A DNA stretch of 64,000 bases from Promethearchaeota archaeon (GCA_016930515.1 JAFGGO010000158.1:59632-123631); one strand, 5' to 3'; positions 36,771 through 46,845 are shown, counted from the stretch's first letter. The notes: a model not told the origin generated them from the letters alone. Numbers and translations are program-made.

Positions 36771-37895
36771 ATGAGCTACAAAGACCTTTATTCTGAAGTG
36801 AAAAAGCGTAAGATGGAGGCACTGAACAAGAAAAATGTGGTTAAGGCAGTCGAAAAACACGGAAGAATTCTTGCCGTTGAGGGAAGGTTCGAGAAACCCA
36901 AACATGTCGTCAATAACATGTACGCTGCGGAAAAAACGATCATTAGCCCTGGCAAACTCGTGAAATATGACTTGGACTTGTACGATTTAGTGCTCATTGG
37001 ATGTCCTGGTGACCAAGTTTCTGAAAAATTACATCCGAGAATTAAAACATATGTAGAAAACGGCGGATGGTTGTTGTCAACGGACTGGTGCTTGGTAACC
37101 ATTGTCGAAAAGATATTTCCCGGATACATCCGGTGGAACCAGCAAAAAACCGCAGATTCCGTGGTAGCCTGCCAGATTGACGAGCCAAGTCACCCGTTTT
37201 TGGACGGCGTGACTCAAGAAATTCAGCGGTCTAAATGGTCCGCAAAAACCTCGAAGGACGTCCAGAGGAACGAGTTTAAGTGGTGGCTCGAAACAAAAAG
37301 CTACCCGGTTCAAATTATCGACCATCAAAAAGTGCGAGTCCTCATCTCCTCGAGGGATATTAAGTACAAGTGGGGCGAGGGCGCCGTGCTGTGCTATTTT
37401 GACTTCGGAACGAAAGGAGGGCGAGTGATCCATATCATCAGCCACACACACCTTCAAAAGGGGGGAGAAAAGGGAAAATACGCTTCCGCTTTGATCTTGA
37501 CAAACATGTTAGACGATAAAATTTCTCAAAAAATGGGCATTAGTCAAGAGCCACGAGTACCAATTTGGAATCAACCAACCCAAGCGTTTCAGGGAGTACC
37601 ACGTGAATCAGATGATTGGCTAAATCCCCCTTCTACGCAAGATAATTATTTCACGCCGAGCACTACGGAATTTCCTGGGAACGCAGAACTGACAGGAACC
37701 TCTCAAATAGTCGAACTTGAGAGATCGAATTTTTCTCTGGCTATCTCGTGTTCTTATTGTGGTTTTGATTTTACAAGCACCACTGGTAAAGTCTATAAGT
37801 GCCAAGAATGCGGCGCTCTGTACCACGAAGAATGCCTTAACCTGCAGATTAACGAAGGAGTCTGCAAGAGTTGCAACAGGATTCTTTTGTGGTAA
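36771..37895 (+). CDS. Class I glutamine-amidotransferase-like domain fused to a C-terminal C4HC3 RING/PHD-type zinc finger
   Basis: YDLVLIGCPG, IKTYVENGGWLLSTDW, HPFLDG, GGRVIH; tail CSYC..CQEC..HEEC..CKSC. Confidence 0.7.
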   Translation: MSYKDLYSEVKKRKMEALNKKNVVKAVEKHGRILAVEGRFEKPKHVVNNMYAAEKTIISPGKLVKYDLDLYDLVLIGCPGDQVSEKLHPRIKTYVENGGWLLSTDWCLVTIVEKIFPGYIRWNQQKTADSVVACQIDEPSHPFLDGVTQEIQRSKWSAKTSKDVQRNEFKWWLETKSYPVQIIDHQKVRVLISSRDIKYKWGEGAVLCYFDFGTKGGRVIHIISHTHLQKGGEKGKYASALILTNMLDDKISQKMGISQEPRVPIWNQPTQAFQGVPRESDDWLNPPSTQDNYFTPSTTEFPGNAELTGTSQIVELERSNFSLAISCSYCGFDFTSTTGKVYKCQECGALYHEECLNLQINEGVCKSCNRILLW

Positions 37896-38106
37896 TTTGT
37901 CTTTATTTTAATTAGGGGATATTTCTTATAAAATTCTCTATAAAGGTATGATTGAAAAATTCTCGTTCAAAAATAAAATTTCATATTAGATTGTTGAGAA
38001 AATGACGCTATTGGCAATTTTATTGGTTTTTTCGTTCTGTAAAATAAAAAAGGAAAATAGAAAAAAATATCAAAATTTATGAAATTTGTTTTAGGTTAGC
38101 AATTGC

Positions 38107-38301
38107 TTATTCTGTGATTTCGATTGCTTCTTCAGGACATTGAGTTTCGCACGCTCTACAGCCCACGCACTCTTCTCTGTTGTCCTCATTCACTTTAACC
38201 TTGCCACCTTCTGGTTCATCGAAGCATTCGCTGGGACAAACCTCAAAACATGTCCCGCATCCAGTACAGGCGTCCATGTCAATTTTAATTCCAAAGCTCA
38301 T
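38107..38301 (-). CDS. 2x[4Fe-4S] ferredoxin
   Basis: CTGCGTCFEVCP and CVGCRACETQCP; SD AGGTGA upstream. Confidence 0.95.
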   Translation of the reverse strand: MSFGIKIDMDACTGCGTCFEVCPSECFDEPEGGKVKVNEDNREECVGCRACETQCPEEAIEITE

Positions 38302-38614
38302 TTCAATTTTTCACCTATGCTTGTTTTCTTGATTGGTAATTGCACTTTTGTACATGCCAATACTAACTATTGTAATTATTGAAAAAATATAAATTTCGCT
38401 TTTATGGGAACGAGGTAAATGATCCGATCTCGCTTTTTAAACATCATATATGCTCTATTAATTTTTTAAAAATCGTTAATTTGCATTGTATTGGTGATTT
38501 TGATTCCAGATTATTTTATTTGGCACCATTAAGAAAGAGAATTTAATAGAATAGGGGCTAAAAGCAATAATTTGGTTTTATACATATACTTTTTTTAAGG
38601 TGAAAATCTTCTAT

Positions 38615-41600
38615 TTATGGTTTGCTCTCAGAATGTGTGTTGATTTCTTCGAATTTTTTCCTGTTTAATTGGTAAAATTTTGTCTTGAAAATGGATATTA
38701 AGTCGAATTCATCGAGCTTGTCAAGGTATTTCTTGACCGTGTTGTAATGCATGCCTAGTTCTTGGGAAATTTCCGTGAGTTGACAGCCTTCGGTGTTCTC
38801 TTGTAAGTATTTAATTATTCTTTTGCATTTTTCTCGCGATATGATATGAAGTACTTCAGCGTTATCGAGCGTTCTATATTGGTCGTAATAAGCAACGAGA
38901 TTCCCCACCTTTTTCCCTCGAATGAATTGAAACCTTTCCAAAACGTTTAAATGCCACCTGACCACTGCACTACTCAAGCTTGTTTTTTTCAAAAGCTGGC
39001 TCAAGTGTATTCCCGGATTTTTTTGAATGCTACTAAATACAGTATATCTATTGGTGTTTTTTAAAATCTCATTTTTCGTCAATATAGATCCTTCGACAAC
39101 GATGTTCTTCTCGATGAGAGATCTCATTATTTTTTTAATTCCATTTTGATTAATGTTAATGGACGCCCGAGAAAAGCGAGAACTAAGGTAAGAAACAATG
39201 TTGGTAGGATCAAATTTCTTGTGTTTTTCCACATATTCTTGAATTAATTCTATCACAAACCCTTCGTAGACCAAGATGTCCTCAAATTCTTCTCGTTTTT
39301 TCCATCTTGACACGGGTGAGATCTCATTTCCGCTTATAATGTCGTTGATCATTTGCGTTCTTTCATTAGGTGAGAACGATAAGATCTCTCTGATGAAATC
39401 TTCCTTGACACTTCCTGAAAATCCGATATTATCCGTGATCTTAAGAAAGTCCTCTGAAACGATAGTTAAGGGGTGTTCTCCTGCTTGTGCAATGTCTTGC
39501 ATTGACACGTCTTCTTTAAATAGCTCTAATAACTTTTCCTTGTTACTGAGCTTGTTTAAAATTTCTTTCGAAGATTTGGTTGGATTTTTAAACTTGTTGA
39601 TTTTGTCTTTTGAAATTTTTTTCTTTCTTAGCTTTTTTAGTTTTCTTTGAGTTAATTTCCTTGCAAGCTTGGTTGCTTTTCTTAAGCTATATAAGACATA
39701 TCCAGAGGCGGTTCCTACTCCAGCAACTGTACCTACAGTTGTTAACACGATAATTAAATTCGTTAACGAATCGTCCTTTTCTTGAGGGGTGATGGAACTG
39801 ATCAGATTTTTCTCCAAGATTAAATCGAAAGTCCCAGTATTTCCAACAGTGTCATTAAACATAAAATGCACGATAACTGTGCCGTTTCCCATTTGATCCC
39901 AAATTTTCTGCTCTATATAGCCGTTCCACGCGCACTCAAGAGTGTGATGTGCGCCATTTGTTCCGTTGATGAGAAGATAACATATTGAATCAATCCCACT
40001 AGGATCTGTTATTACGATGGTAAAATTGTTCGTGTTTGGTGCAATGGTACTAAATATAATTCCCCTAGATGGATTATTCACTGTAATACTTGGGCTTATT
40101 ATATCTTTTCGAAGTATTATCTGAGCCATGACGATGTGTCCGTAAGAATTATTGATAAAAAACTGGATCTCGACCGTTCCATTTCCCATTTGATCCCAAA
40201 TGGCCTGCTCAACGAACCCCAACCAGGTGTAATTTGAAGTATGATGGGCGATATTGGTCGAGTTAATTAACATGTAAGTTATTGAATTTACGGTTGGATC
40301 AACCGTAACGATATCGATTTCTGGACCCGTTCTTCCAATAATTTGGTTATCTAATTGTGTATTAAAATAAAACTTGCATAACGGTAATTGATCATTTATG
40401 TTGCCTGTAACATAGGCCGTGCTTCCAATACCATCTCCTCGATCTGTTCCTTCATAATCATCCCAATAATTTCCAACTATTGAATTGTTCCAGAAGTTAT
40501 TTATATTATTATCTAAAGCGTGTAAAGTGTTGTTAACAAAGAAATTATTGAAAAAAAAATTATCGTTTCCATTTGAAATGTTCACGCCAATCAAGAGACT
40601 ATCTTGCACGATATTATATGATACCTGACTACTATTACACTTAGAAAGAATGAATCCATAAGAATTACTGTGAAAGACATTTTCGGAAACATTATTTCGA
40701 TTTCCTTGTTTGATTACTGTGCCATAATTAGTATAACTAATATTATTTCCAACAATTTCATTATCGGAGCAATTTTCCATTGTTATGGCATTTTGAGTTC
40801 TTATAATAGATGCCCCTTCCCAACTTATCAATAGATTAGTGCAATCTTTGTTTACACCATTTTCCAAGATGGAGTTATTGTTACTCCCAATGAGATTGAT
40901 GCTATTATTTGTTTCGTATATAGAATTCCCTACAATGGTGCTGTGATTGTTTCGATATAAGTTAATACCATTTATGTGACTACTGATATTGTTGTTTAAT
41001 ACTATATTATACTCGCTTTCCGTCAGATTTATCCCGTGAGTCCCGTTCAGAACAATATTCCCTGTTATATTGTTAAAATTACCTCTTACAAAAATTCCGT
41101 GGATAGTATTGTTAACCACTTTATTTCCTGAAACGGTGTTCTTATTACCATTTATATATATGCCCATTAAATTGTTATTAGAAACATTGTTTCCTGAAAC
41201 TAGTGTATCTTCACCATAGATATTTATGCCCTGTTTATTATCTGTTAAATTATTATTTATTATATTATTATTTTCGCTGTAAAAAACCCTTATACCGCTA
41301 GTATTGTAAATATGGTTATCTGAAATAATTGAATCGTTTAAATAATTAATATTAATAGATTCCGCAATGTAATTGGATAATGTATTTTTAGATATGATAT
41401 AGTTGCTTGAACAATATACATAAATTCCACTTTGAAGATAATCAGTTCCAACAATATTGTTTTTTGAAATGTTAATATCATTGCATTGAGACGTCCATAT
41501 ATTATATGAACTTTGAACATAATTGGTAAAACTATTATTGAACACGATGCAATTCGAAACATTATCCAGACGAAGTCCAAATTTAACGAAATTGTTAAAA

Positions 41601-41938
41601 ACGCAATTTTGGATTCTTACATAAGCGTCAGAATTATTTATTACGAGATTATCCTGAATGGAAGATGTAAAGGTGTGCCCTTCAATGATGTACGGCCACT
41701 CTTGAGTTCCATTTCCCGTGCAGATTCCTTGACTCTTGGCCCATTCCCAATTGATGGTACTTCCAGGAAGATCGTCGATAACGATGTTATTAAATGTTCC
41801 TGATTGTTTTGGTTTGATAAATTCAATTTCCGTCATATCATGTTTATTCTCCCCTAAAAGAGGAGAGAAAGCAACTAAAGACATTAAGATTATTGTGATA
41901 AACACTAATAGACGCAGTCCTTTTTTATTAGAATCCAA
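38615..41938 (-). CDS. Single-pass membrane protein: NosD/right-handed beta-helix plus 2 Ig-like repeats (outside), TM, helical linker and winged-helix DNA-binding domains (inside)
   Basis: Signal peptide; CTGNGTQEWPYIIEG; many xxGIxLxxSxxNxIxxN repeats; GNYWDDY..DGIG cap; TM LIIVLTTVGTVAGVGTASGYVLYSL plus basic cluster; NRYTVFSSIQKNPGIHLSQL..VRWHL..LE and LTEISQELGMHYNTVKKYLDKL; SD AGGAGG before the TTG. Confidence 0.88.
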   Translation of the reverse strand: MDSNKKGLRLLVFITIILMSLVAFSPLLGENKHDMTEIEFIKPKQSGTFNNIVIDDLPGSTINWEWAKSQGICTGNGTQEWPYIIEGHTFTSSIQDNLVINNSDAYVRIQNCVFNNFVKFGLRLDNVSNCIVFNNSFTNYVQSSYNIWTSQCNDINISKNNIVGTDYLQSGIYVYCSSNYIISKNTLSNYIAESININYLNDSIISDNHIYNTSGIRVFYSENNNIINNNLTDNKQGINIYGEDTLVSGNNVSNNNLMGIYINGNKNTVSGNKVVNNTIHGIFVRGNFNNITGNIVLNGTHGINLTESEYNIVLNNNISSHINGINLYRNNHSTIVGNSIYETNNSINLIGSNNNSILENGVNKDCTNLLISWEGASIIRTQNAITMENCSDNEIVGNNISYTNYGTVIKQGNRNNVSENVFHSNSYGFILSKCNSSQVSYNIVQDSLLIGVNISNGNDNFFFNNFFVNNTLHALDNNINNFWNNSIVGNYWDDYEGTDRGDGIGSTAYVTGNINDQLPLCKFYFNTQLDNQIIGRTGPEIDIVTVDPTVNSITYMLINSTNIAHHTSNYTWLGFVEQAIWDQMGNGTVEIQFFINNSYGHIVMAQIILRKDIISPSITVNNPSRGIIFSTIAPNTNNFTIVITDPSGIDSICYLLINGTNGAHHTLECAWNGYIEQKIWDQMGNGTVIVHFMFNDTVGNTGTFDLILEKNLISSITPQEKDDSLTNLIIVLTTVGTVAGVGTASGYVLYSLRKATKLARKLTQRKLKKLRKKKISKDKINKFKNPTKSSKEILNKLSNKEKLLELFKEDVSMQDIAQAGEHPLTIVSEDFLKITDNIGFSGSVKEDFIREILSFSPNERTQMINDIISGNEISPVSRWKKREEFEDILVYEGFVIELIQEYVEKHKKFDPTNIVSYLSSRFSRASININQNGIKKIMRSLIEKNIVVEGSILTKNEILKNTNRYTVFSSIQKNPGIHLSQLLKKTSLSSAVVRWHLNVLERFQFIRGKKVGNLVAYYDQYRTLDNAEVLHIISREKCKRIIKYLQENTEGCQLTEISQELGMHYNTVKKYLDKLDEFDLISIFKTKFYQLNRKKFEEINTHSESKP
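39885..40201 (-). repeat. Intragenic tandem duplication of a 99-aa Ig-like unit
   Basis: Identical 20-mer TTTCCCATTTGATCCCAAAT at 39885-39904 and 40182-40201 (297 nt apart); peptides YxLINxTNxAHHT..W.G..EQ.IWDQMGNGTV. Confidence 0.8.
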
Positions 41939-42456
41939 ATAGTTCGCCTCCTAGTCCCAAGTTATGAGTATTAAAAATGCTAATTTGAAAAAGTTTTTTA
42001 TCGCTCCTATTTGACTTGTTTATAATCTTTCCTTTATTATGATGTGTCATAATTTTGCTCTTTGTTTTTGTATAAAGGATAATTAATTAGATATTTAAGA
42101 GGATATAGCAGGATATTGAAAAACGAATTGCTTAATTTTATCGTATTATAGCGATTCTTCGCACGTTTTGATAAAATTTCTTCAATTTCAAATATCCAAC
42201 AAAATTGGTTCTTTTTTCTTGTTTAACTCTCCCTTAGATTCTTTAAATTTACTAATTTTAAGTTCTCTTAACATAAATGGAACTTATTTCAATAAATCTT
42301 TACAACTTAGAGTTACCATTATAGGTACTTGATAATCTTTATTTTATAGTCATCGAATCGTATTTATTTAAAAATTCACTTTCCGATACTACTATTAAGC
42401 AAGTAAACTGTATTAAAATAAGGATATTTGATAAGTAATGTTTTTTAATTGAAATC

Positions 42457-43593
42457 ATGAAGACGGAAGAAAATCCGCTGATTTTTAAAGATTCTTGGAT
42501 TTACGAGCATCAAGAATCCATTTTGTGTCTTGAATTCGGTGACATTAATGGAAATGGAAGAATCGAGATCATTGCTGCCACGAATAAAGGTAGGATCTTG
42601 ATAATCTCTTCGGATGGGACTTTATTACGAGATACCGTCGTTTGCAATAATTCTGCTATATTCCACATGCTAGCTATCAACTTAAACGAAAACGGGAAGA
42701 TTAAGTTAATAGTTGGAGGCATTGACGGGCTTTTAAGAGCGTTCATGGTTGCGAATTCCTACGAACTCGAACCAGATTGGGTCCATCAATTTGGCGGCTC
42801 GATAAGCGGAATCCTTTTCAATGACGTGAATTCGGACGGCGTGAAGGAAATAATTGGATACTCGCTCGATAAAACCATTCGAGTATTAAATCCTAGCGAT
42901 GGTTCGCTTGTTTGGGGGCAAGTATTCGAGGAGGGTGTTAGCGAAGCTATCGTGTTAAAAAAAAAACCTACAGAAAGTGGCTTACAAGTGCTTGCGTGCG
43001 GAAACGACGGGACGCTTCGATGTTTTTCGGGAATTAAAGGAGAGATGCTTTGGTTTAAACATTTCTCTGACAAATTAAGATGTATTTCCATCTTATCTAC
43101 TAGTGCTGATGTCATCATTGCCTGTGGTGGGGACGATAAAAGGTTACATTTCTTACGAGAAAGCGATAGGGAAGATATTGGTCATGTGGAATTCGAGGAT
43201 TACGCGTGGAAATGCTTTTCTTTAGGTAAAGATAAAATCGTCGCAAGCAGCTATTCGTTTGCGTTTTTTAACGACAACGCAGTTCTGGAACGCCTCGATT
43301 TTAGCTCTAAGATCTGTTGCGTTGATAATAATCTCCATGTATTATGGGAGATAAATGGTTTTAATGTTGAAGCGCTTGAACTCGTGGTATTAAAGACTCG
43401 TACCTCGATCGTTGCTGGTACTACGAAAGGTGAAATTGTGATGATCGATCCGATAAATGGAAATTACGAAAAATTACTAAAGGCAGGGTCGTGCGTGAAC
43501 GACATCATGCATGTGCCCAAATTGGGGATGATGCTCAGTTGTCACGACGATGGTCAAGTTAAGGCTTGGTATCTATCTGATGTTTCTAACTGA
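42457..43593 (+). CDS. Beta-propeller protein (FG-GAP/PQQ/WD40-like repeats)
   Basis: GDINGNGRIEII, DVNSDGVKEII, GGIDGLLRAF, SLDKTIRVL, GNDGTLRCF, GGDDKRLHFL, HDDGQVKAW. Confidence 0.82.
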   Translation: MKTEENPLIFKDSWIYEHQESILCLEFGDINGNGRIEIIAATNKGRILIISSDGTLLRDTVVCNNSAIFHMLAINLNENGKIKLIVGGIDGLLRAFMVANSYELEPDWVHQFGGSISGILFNDVNSDGVKEIIGYSLDKTIRVLNPSDGSLVWGQVFEEGVSEAIVLKKKPTESGLQVLACGNDGTLRCFSGIKGEMLWFKHFSDKLRCISILSTSADVIIACGGDDKRLHFLRESDREDIGHVEFEDYAWKCFSLGKDKIVASSYSFAFFNDNAVLERLDFSSKICCVDNNLHVLWEINGFNVEALELVVLKTRTSIVAGTTKGEIVMIDPINGNYEKLLKAGSCVNDIMHVPKLGMMLSCHDDGQVKAWYLSDVSN

Positions 43594-43705
43594 GATTTTT
43601 ACCATTTTATACTCGTGAGTAAAGGTGTTACCGAATGGTTTTTATTTAAATAAAATTTAAAAATTTATATCAAACCTATAACATTAAAAAAAAGGATTGA
43701 AAAAT

Positions 43706-44017
43706 ATGGCAAAAGATAAGATAATTGGTGCAATTGTCATGATCGTCGGAGTCCTAATTGCGGTGATTTACACGATGGGTTCTGTCGTGGACCTTTACAT
43801 GACCACGCTCGGAAACAATGTAAATTGGGACGCCGCGTTTAGACTATTTAACGTTGACCTCCTCGATTGGAGGTTGTTCGTGGTTGCTCCAATCTGGTTG
43901 ATCGTGATCTTGATCGCGATCATTGCAATTTGGATTGGTTACAGCATGCTCACGACGCCCGCTCCAGTTCCCTTGGAAGAGTTAGAAGAGGAACTCGCAG
44001 CGGAAGAAAACGCCTAA
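43706..44017 (+). CDS. Conserved archaeal 2-TM membrane protein
   Basis: MAKDKIIG..., WIGYSMLTTPAPVPLEELEEE tail. Confidence 0.75.
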   Translation: MAKDKIIGAIVMIVGVLIAVIYTMGSVVDLYMTTLGNNVNWDAAFRLFNVDLLDWRLFVVAPIWLIVILIAIIAIWIGYSMLTTPAPVPLEELEEELAAEENA

Positions 44018-44070
44018 ATTTCACATATTTTTTTATTTTTTTTCTCCTTTATTAAAATTAAAAAAAAGGA

Positions 44071-44916
44071 TTAGATCCCCTTGAAAAAATCCGCAGCGTC
44101 AATTATTTTAATGTCGTAGTAATGCCTGACAACCTCCACGAGAAAATCGATGTAGGAAGGCGAGATTTTAGCGTTGTGTATCTGAGAAAGGTACACATTT
44201 AGTTTGGAAGCGTCTAATGGGGCTCCTTTTTCCATGGTCTCTATGAAATCTAATGTTTCGTTAGTGAGCAAGTAAATTTTCAAGATTTCGTTTTTCAGCA
44301 CGATCAATCCCGTTTTAGAATCGTTCTCGTTGAAGAAATCTTGGATTATTTTGCTTTCAATCTTGAGATTTTTTTGTTTTAAAATCTTGTTTTTATCGTT
44401 AAACGCCTTTTCTCCGTCGAGAACGATGTAATTATTGAATAATTTCTTGTTTTCTCGAAATTCGGCGTGTGGAATGACCAAGAATTTCACATTGAAAGTA
44501 CCTTGAAAGGCGAATTCGAATAAGTTTACCAAGTGTCGATCAAGGAGGTCGAGATCGTTTATAATGACAAATTTAGCGTTGAAAAGACAGCATCGGATGA
44601 CGTTTGCGAAGAATTGGGCGTGAAAATTAAGCGTTAACAAGTACGTGTTGATCATACTCTCCGTCGGAATGAAGACTTCCTCTGGTTGCTGCTGTTCTAC
44701 CGTAATCTGTGGGAGTTCGATGGTAAAATCTGCGATGAAACAGTCTCTCACGCTCAGATTCTTATCAATATATGCAACGAAGGAATGTTGGCATATCGAG
44801 AGTTCTTCAATGTTAACTGCCGTGATACCACGAGAGCTTTTCAGCACGATATTGTCTTCGATATTTATGGTCCCCTTTTTTGCACATAAAGGACATTGGA
44901 TGTTAATTTTAGCCAT
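44071..44916 (-). CDS. Asgard-type protein with an N-terminal CxxC...CxH zinc-binding domain
   Basis: CPLC..G....CQHSFVAYIDKNLSVRD followed by an alpha/beta and a helical region. Confidence 0.75.
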   Translation of the reverse strand: MAKINIQCPLCAKKGTINIEDNIVLKSSRGITAVNIEELSICQHSFVAYIDKNLSVRDCFIADFTIELPQITVEQQQPEEVFIPTESMINTYLLTLNFHAQFFANVIRCCLFNAKFVIINDLDLLDRHLVNLFEFAFQGTFNVKFLVIPHAEFRENKKLFNNYIVLDGEKAFNDKNKILKQKNLKIESKIIQDFFNENDSKTGLIVLKNEILKIYLLTNETLDFIETMEKGAPLDASKLNVYLSQIHNAKISPSYIDFLVEVVRHYYDIKIIDAADFFKGI

Positions 44917-45087
44917 TTTCTTTTACCCCAAAAAAGTCATGACTGACAAATTTGTACTTTCCTGTATTTCATATTACTAATGGGAAAATGGCTTTTTAAA
45001 TATTGGTAATTCACTTGTTGTTCTTTGAAAAAGTACATCAAATGCCAAAGTTTTTTTCATTAAAAACGATTCAAGAGTGTGATATAG

Positions 45088-46056
45088 ATGAGATATGTTG
45101 TCGTGGTGGGGTCATCTAATGTTGACATGAACATTTATTCCGAACGACTCCCAAAACCAGGAGAAACGGTAACGGGAGGCACATTCAAGCGATTCCTGGG
45201 AGGAAAAGGCGCAAACCAAGCAGTTGCTGCTGCCAGAGCGGGCGCAAGCACTTTTTTTTTGGGAAAAGTCGGAACTGATTTGTTTGGGGACGAGATCCTC
45301 AAGCGTCTTGAGCAAGCACAAATCGATGTAAAACATGTGGCACGATCCCAAACAGAAGCAACTGGAATTGCTTTCATACTGGTTGATAAATTCGGAGAAA
45401 ATATGATATCCGTGGCTCCAGGGGCAAACGCTACGCTTTCAAAAGAACAAGTCTTAAAAAGCGCCGATTTGATCGAAAAAGCCAGAGTTGTCATGACGCA
45501 AATGGAAATACCTTTAGAGACCATCGAAAACATTTATGCAATCGCAGAAAAAGGGAACACGATAAAAATATTAAATCCTGCTCCCTTGCGTAACGTTTCG
45601 CGCGATATCTTGAAGCGAGTGGATATCATCATCCCTAACGAGGGCGAGTTGTTCAAACTTAATGCATTAATGGATTTCAGCGATGTAAATCTTGGAAATA
45701 TCGAACATGTAGTGCAAGCCTCTTCGAATATTGCGTCTATAGGAACCAAGTACATTATAACGACCTTAGGAAGCAAGGGAAGCGTTTTATACGAAAAGCG
45801 AACGGGTCATGCGCTTCATATCCCCGCGCTTAAGGCCAACGCTATCGACACTGTCGGAGCAGGAGATTGCTATAATGGGGTGCTAGCGAGCAAGCTATGC
45901 GAGGGTAAGGATGTGCTTACTGCCGTCAAGTACGCAACCGCTGCAGCTTCGATTGCTGTCACCCGGAAAGGAGCGCAGGAATCGATGCCCTATCAGGACG
46001 AAATAAAAATAAAATTTAAAGAAATTGAGAATATAGAACCAGAAAAGTTGAATTAA
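45088..46056 (+). CDS. rbsK: Ribokinase
   Basis: VGSSNVD, PKPGETV, GGKGANQAVAAAR, NPAP, PNEGE, DTVGAGDCY. Confidence 0.95.
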   Translation: MRYVVVVGSSNVDMNIYSERLPKPGETVTGGTFKRFLGGKGANQAVAAARAGASTFFLGKVGTDLFGDEILKRLEQAQIDVKHVARSQTEATGIAFILVDKFGENMISVAPGANATLSKEQVLKSADLIEKARVVMTQMEIPLETIENIYAIAEKGNTIKILNPAPLRNVSRDILKRVDIIIPNEGELFKLNALMDFSDVNLGNIEHVVQASSNIASIGTKYIITTLGSKGSVLYEKRTGHALHIPALKANAIDTVGAGDCYNGVLASKLCEGKDVLTAVKYATAAASIAVTRKGAQESMPYQDEIKIKFKEIENIEPEKLN

Positions 46057-46173
46057 AAAAGAAAATTTAACTTTTTTAATTAATTTTTAAAATTTTAATA
46101 TAAGGTAAGGCAATTACTAGCGGATTTTAAAAAACACGATACCAATAAAACAAATAAAGATGATTAAGATAAA

Positions 46174-46845
46174 TTGAATGTTGAAACTATTAAACCAAGA
46201 AAGAGCACGATTCTAAGAAGAAATTCCTCGAAAAACATGCGAATTTCAATTAGTGAAGAAAATTTAGATCTTGTTTATTTGATTAATGGAACAACATTAA
46301 AAACTGAAAAGATCTCCATGTCAGATCTTAATGTAAAACCAAGCGATTATTACATGATAATCAATGTTTCACGCGATAAGACTATTGAAGTTATCTATGA
46401 CGAAGACATCTCGCTTCACGAAATCGTATATGATCCATGTAAAGAAGAAAATGCTCCTAAAGAGTTGTTAAAGGAAGATTATTTTTTAAGAAATTATGAA
46501 ATACCTGATGGATACATTGACACGCTTCCCAAGTGGTATAGCTTTAAATTTACTTACGAGGATTTCAACTTGATCTTTATCAAGCCCGATATGGGTCTTT
46601 CATTTCAACGCCATAAACTTCGAACTGAGCATTGGAAGATCTTATCGGGAAAACCCATAATTATTTGCAATAAGAAAGTCAATTACTTTGTAGAGCCTGG
46701 TAGCGAATTCAACATGAAGAAAAACCAGCTCCACACGATCATTAATCCCCACCTGAACAACTACGTTCTGTTAAAAGAAAATTGGACAGGCGAGTTCGAC
46801 GAAAACGACATAGAAAGACTATTTAATCCAAATAATTACGTGTAA
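46174..46845 (+). CDS. Cupin-domain protein, mannose-6-phosphate isomerase type II C-terminal-like
   Basis: PKWY, LSFQRHKLRTEHWKILSG, HTIINP, GEFDENDIERL; start may be 46237. Confidence 0.75.
   Translation: MNVETIKPRKSTILRRNSSKNMRISISEENLDLVYLINGTTLKTEKISMSDLNVKPSDYYMIINVSRDKTIEVIYDEDISLHEIVYDPCKEENAPKELLKEDYFLRNYEIPDGYIDTLPKWYSFKFTYEDFNLIFIKPDMGLSFQRHKLRTEHWKILSGKPIIICNKKVNYFVEPGSEFNMKKNQLHTIINPHLNNYVLLKENWTGEFDENDIERLFNPNNYV

Noticed and set aside
41939-42456. Short inverted and direct repeats in the 518-nt intergenic region (AAGTTC..GAACTT, AGGATAT twice)
   Set aside because: Only 6-7 bp in AT-rich DNA; not distinguishable from chance without comparative data
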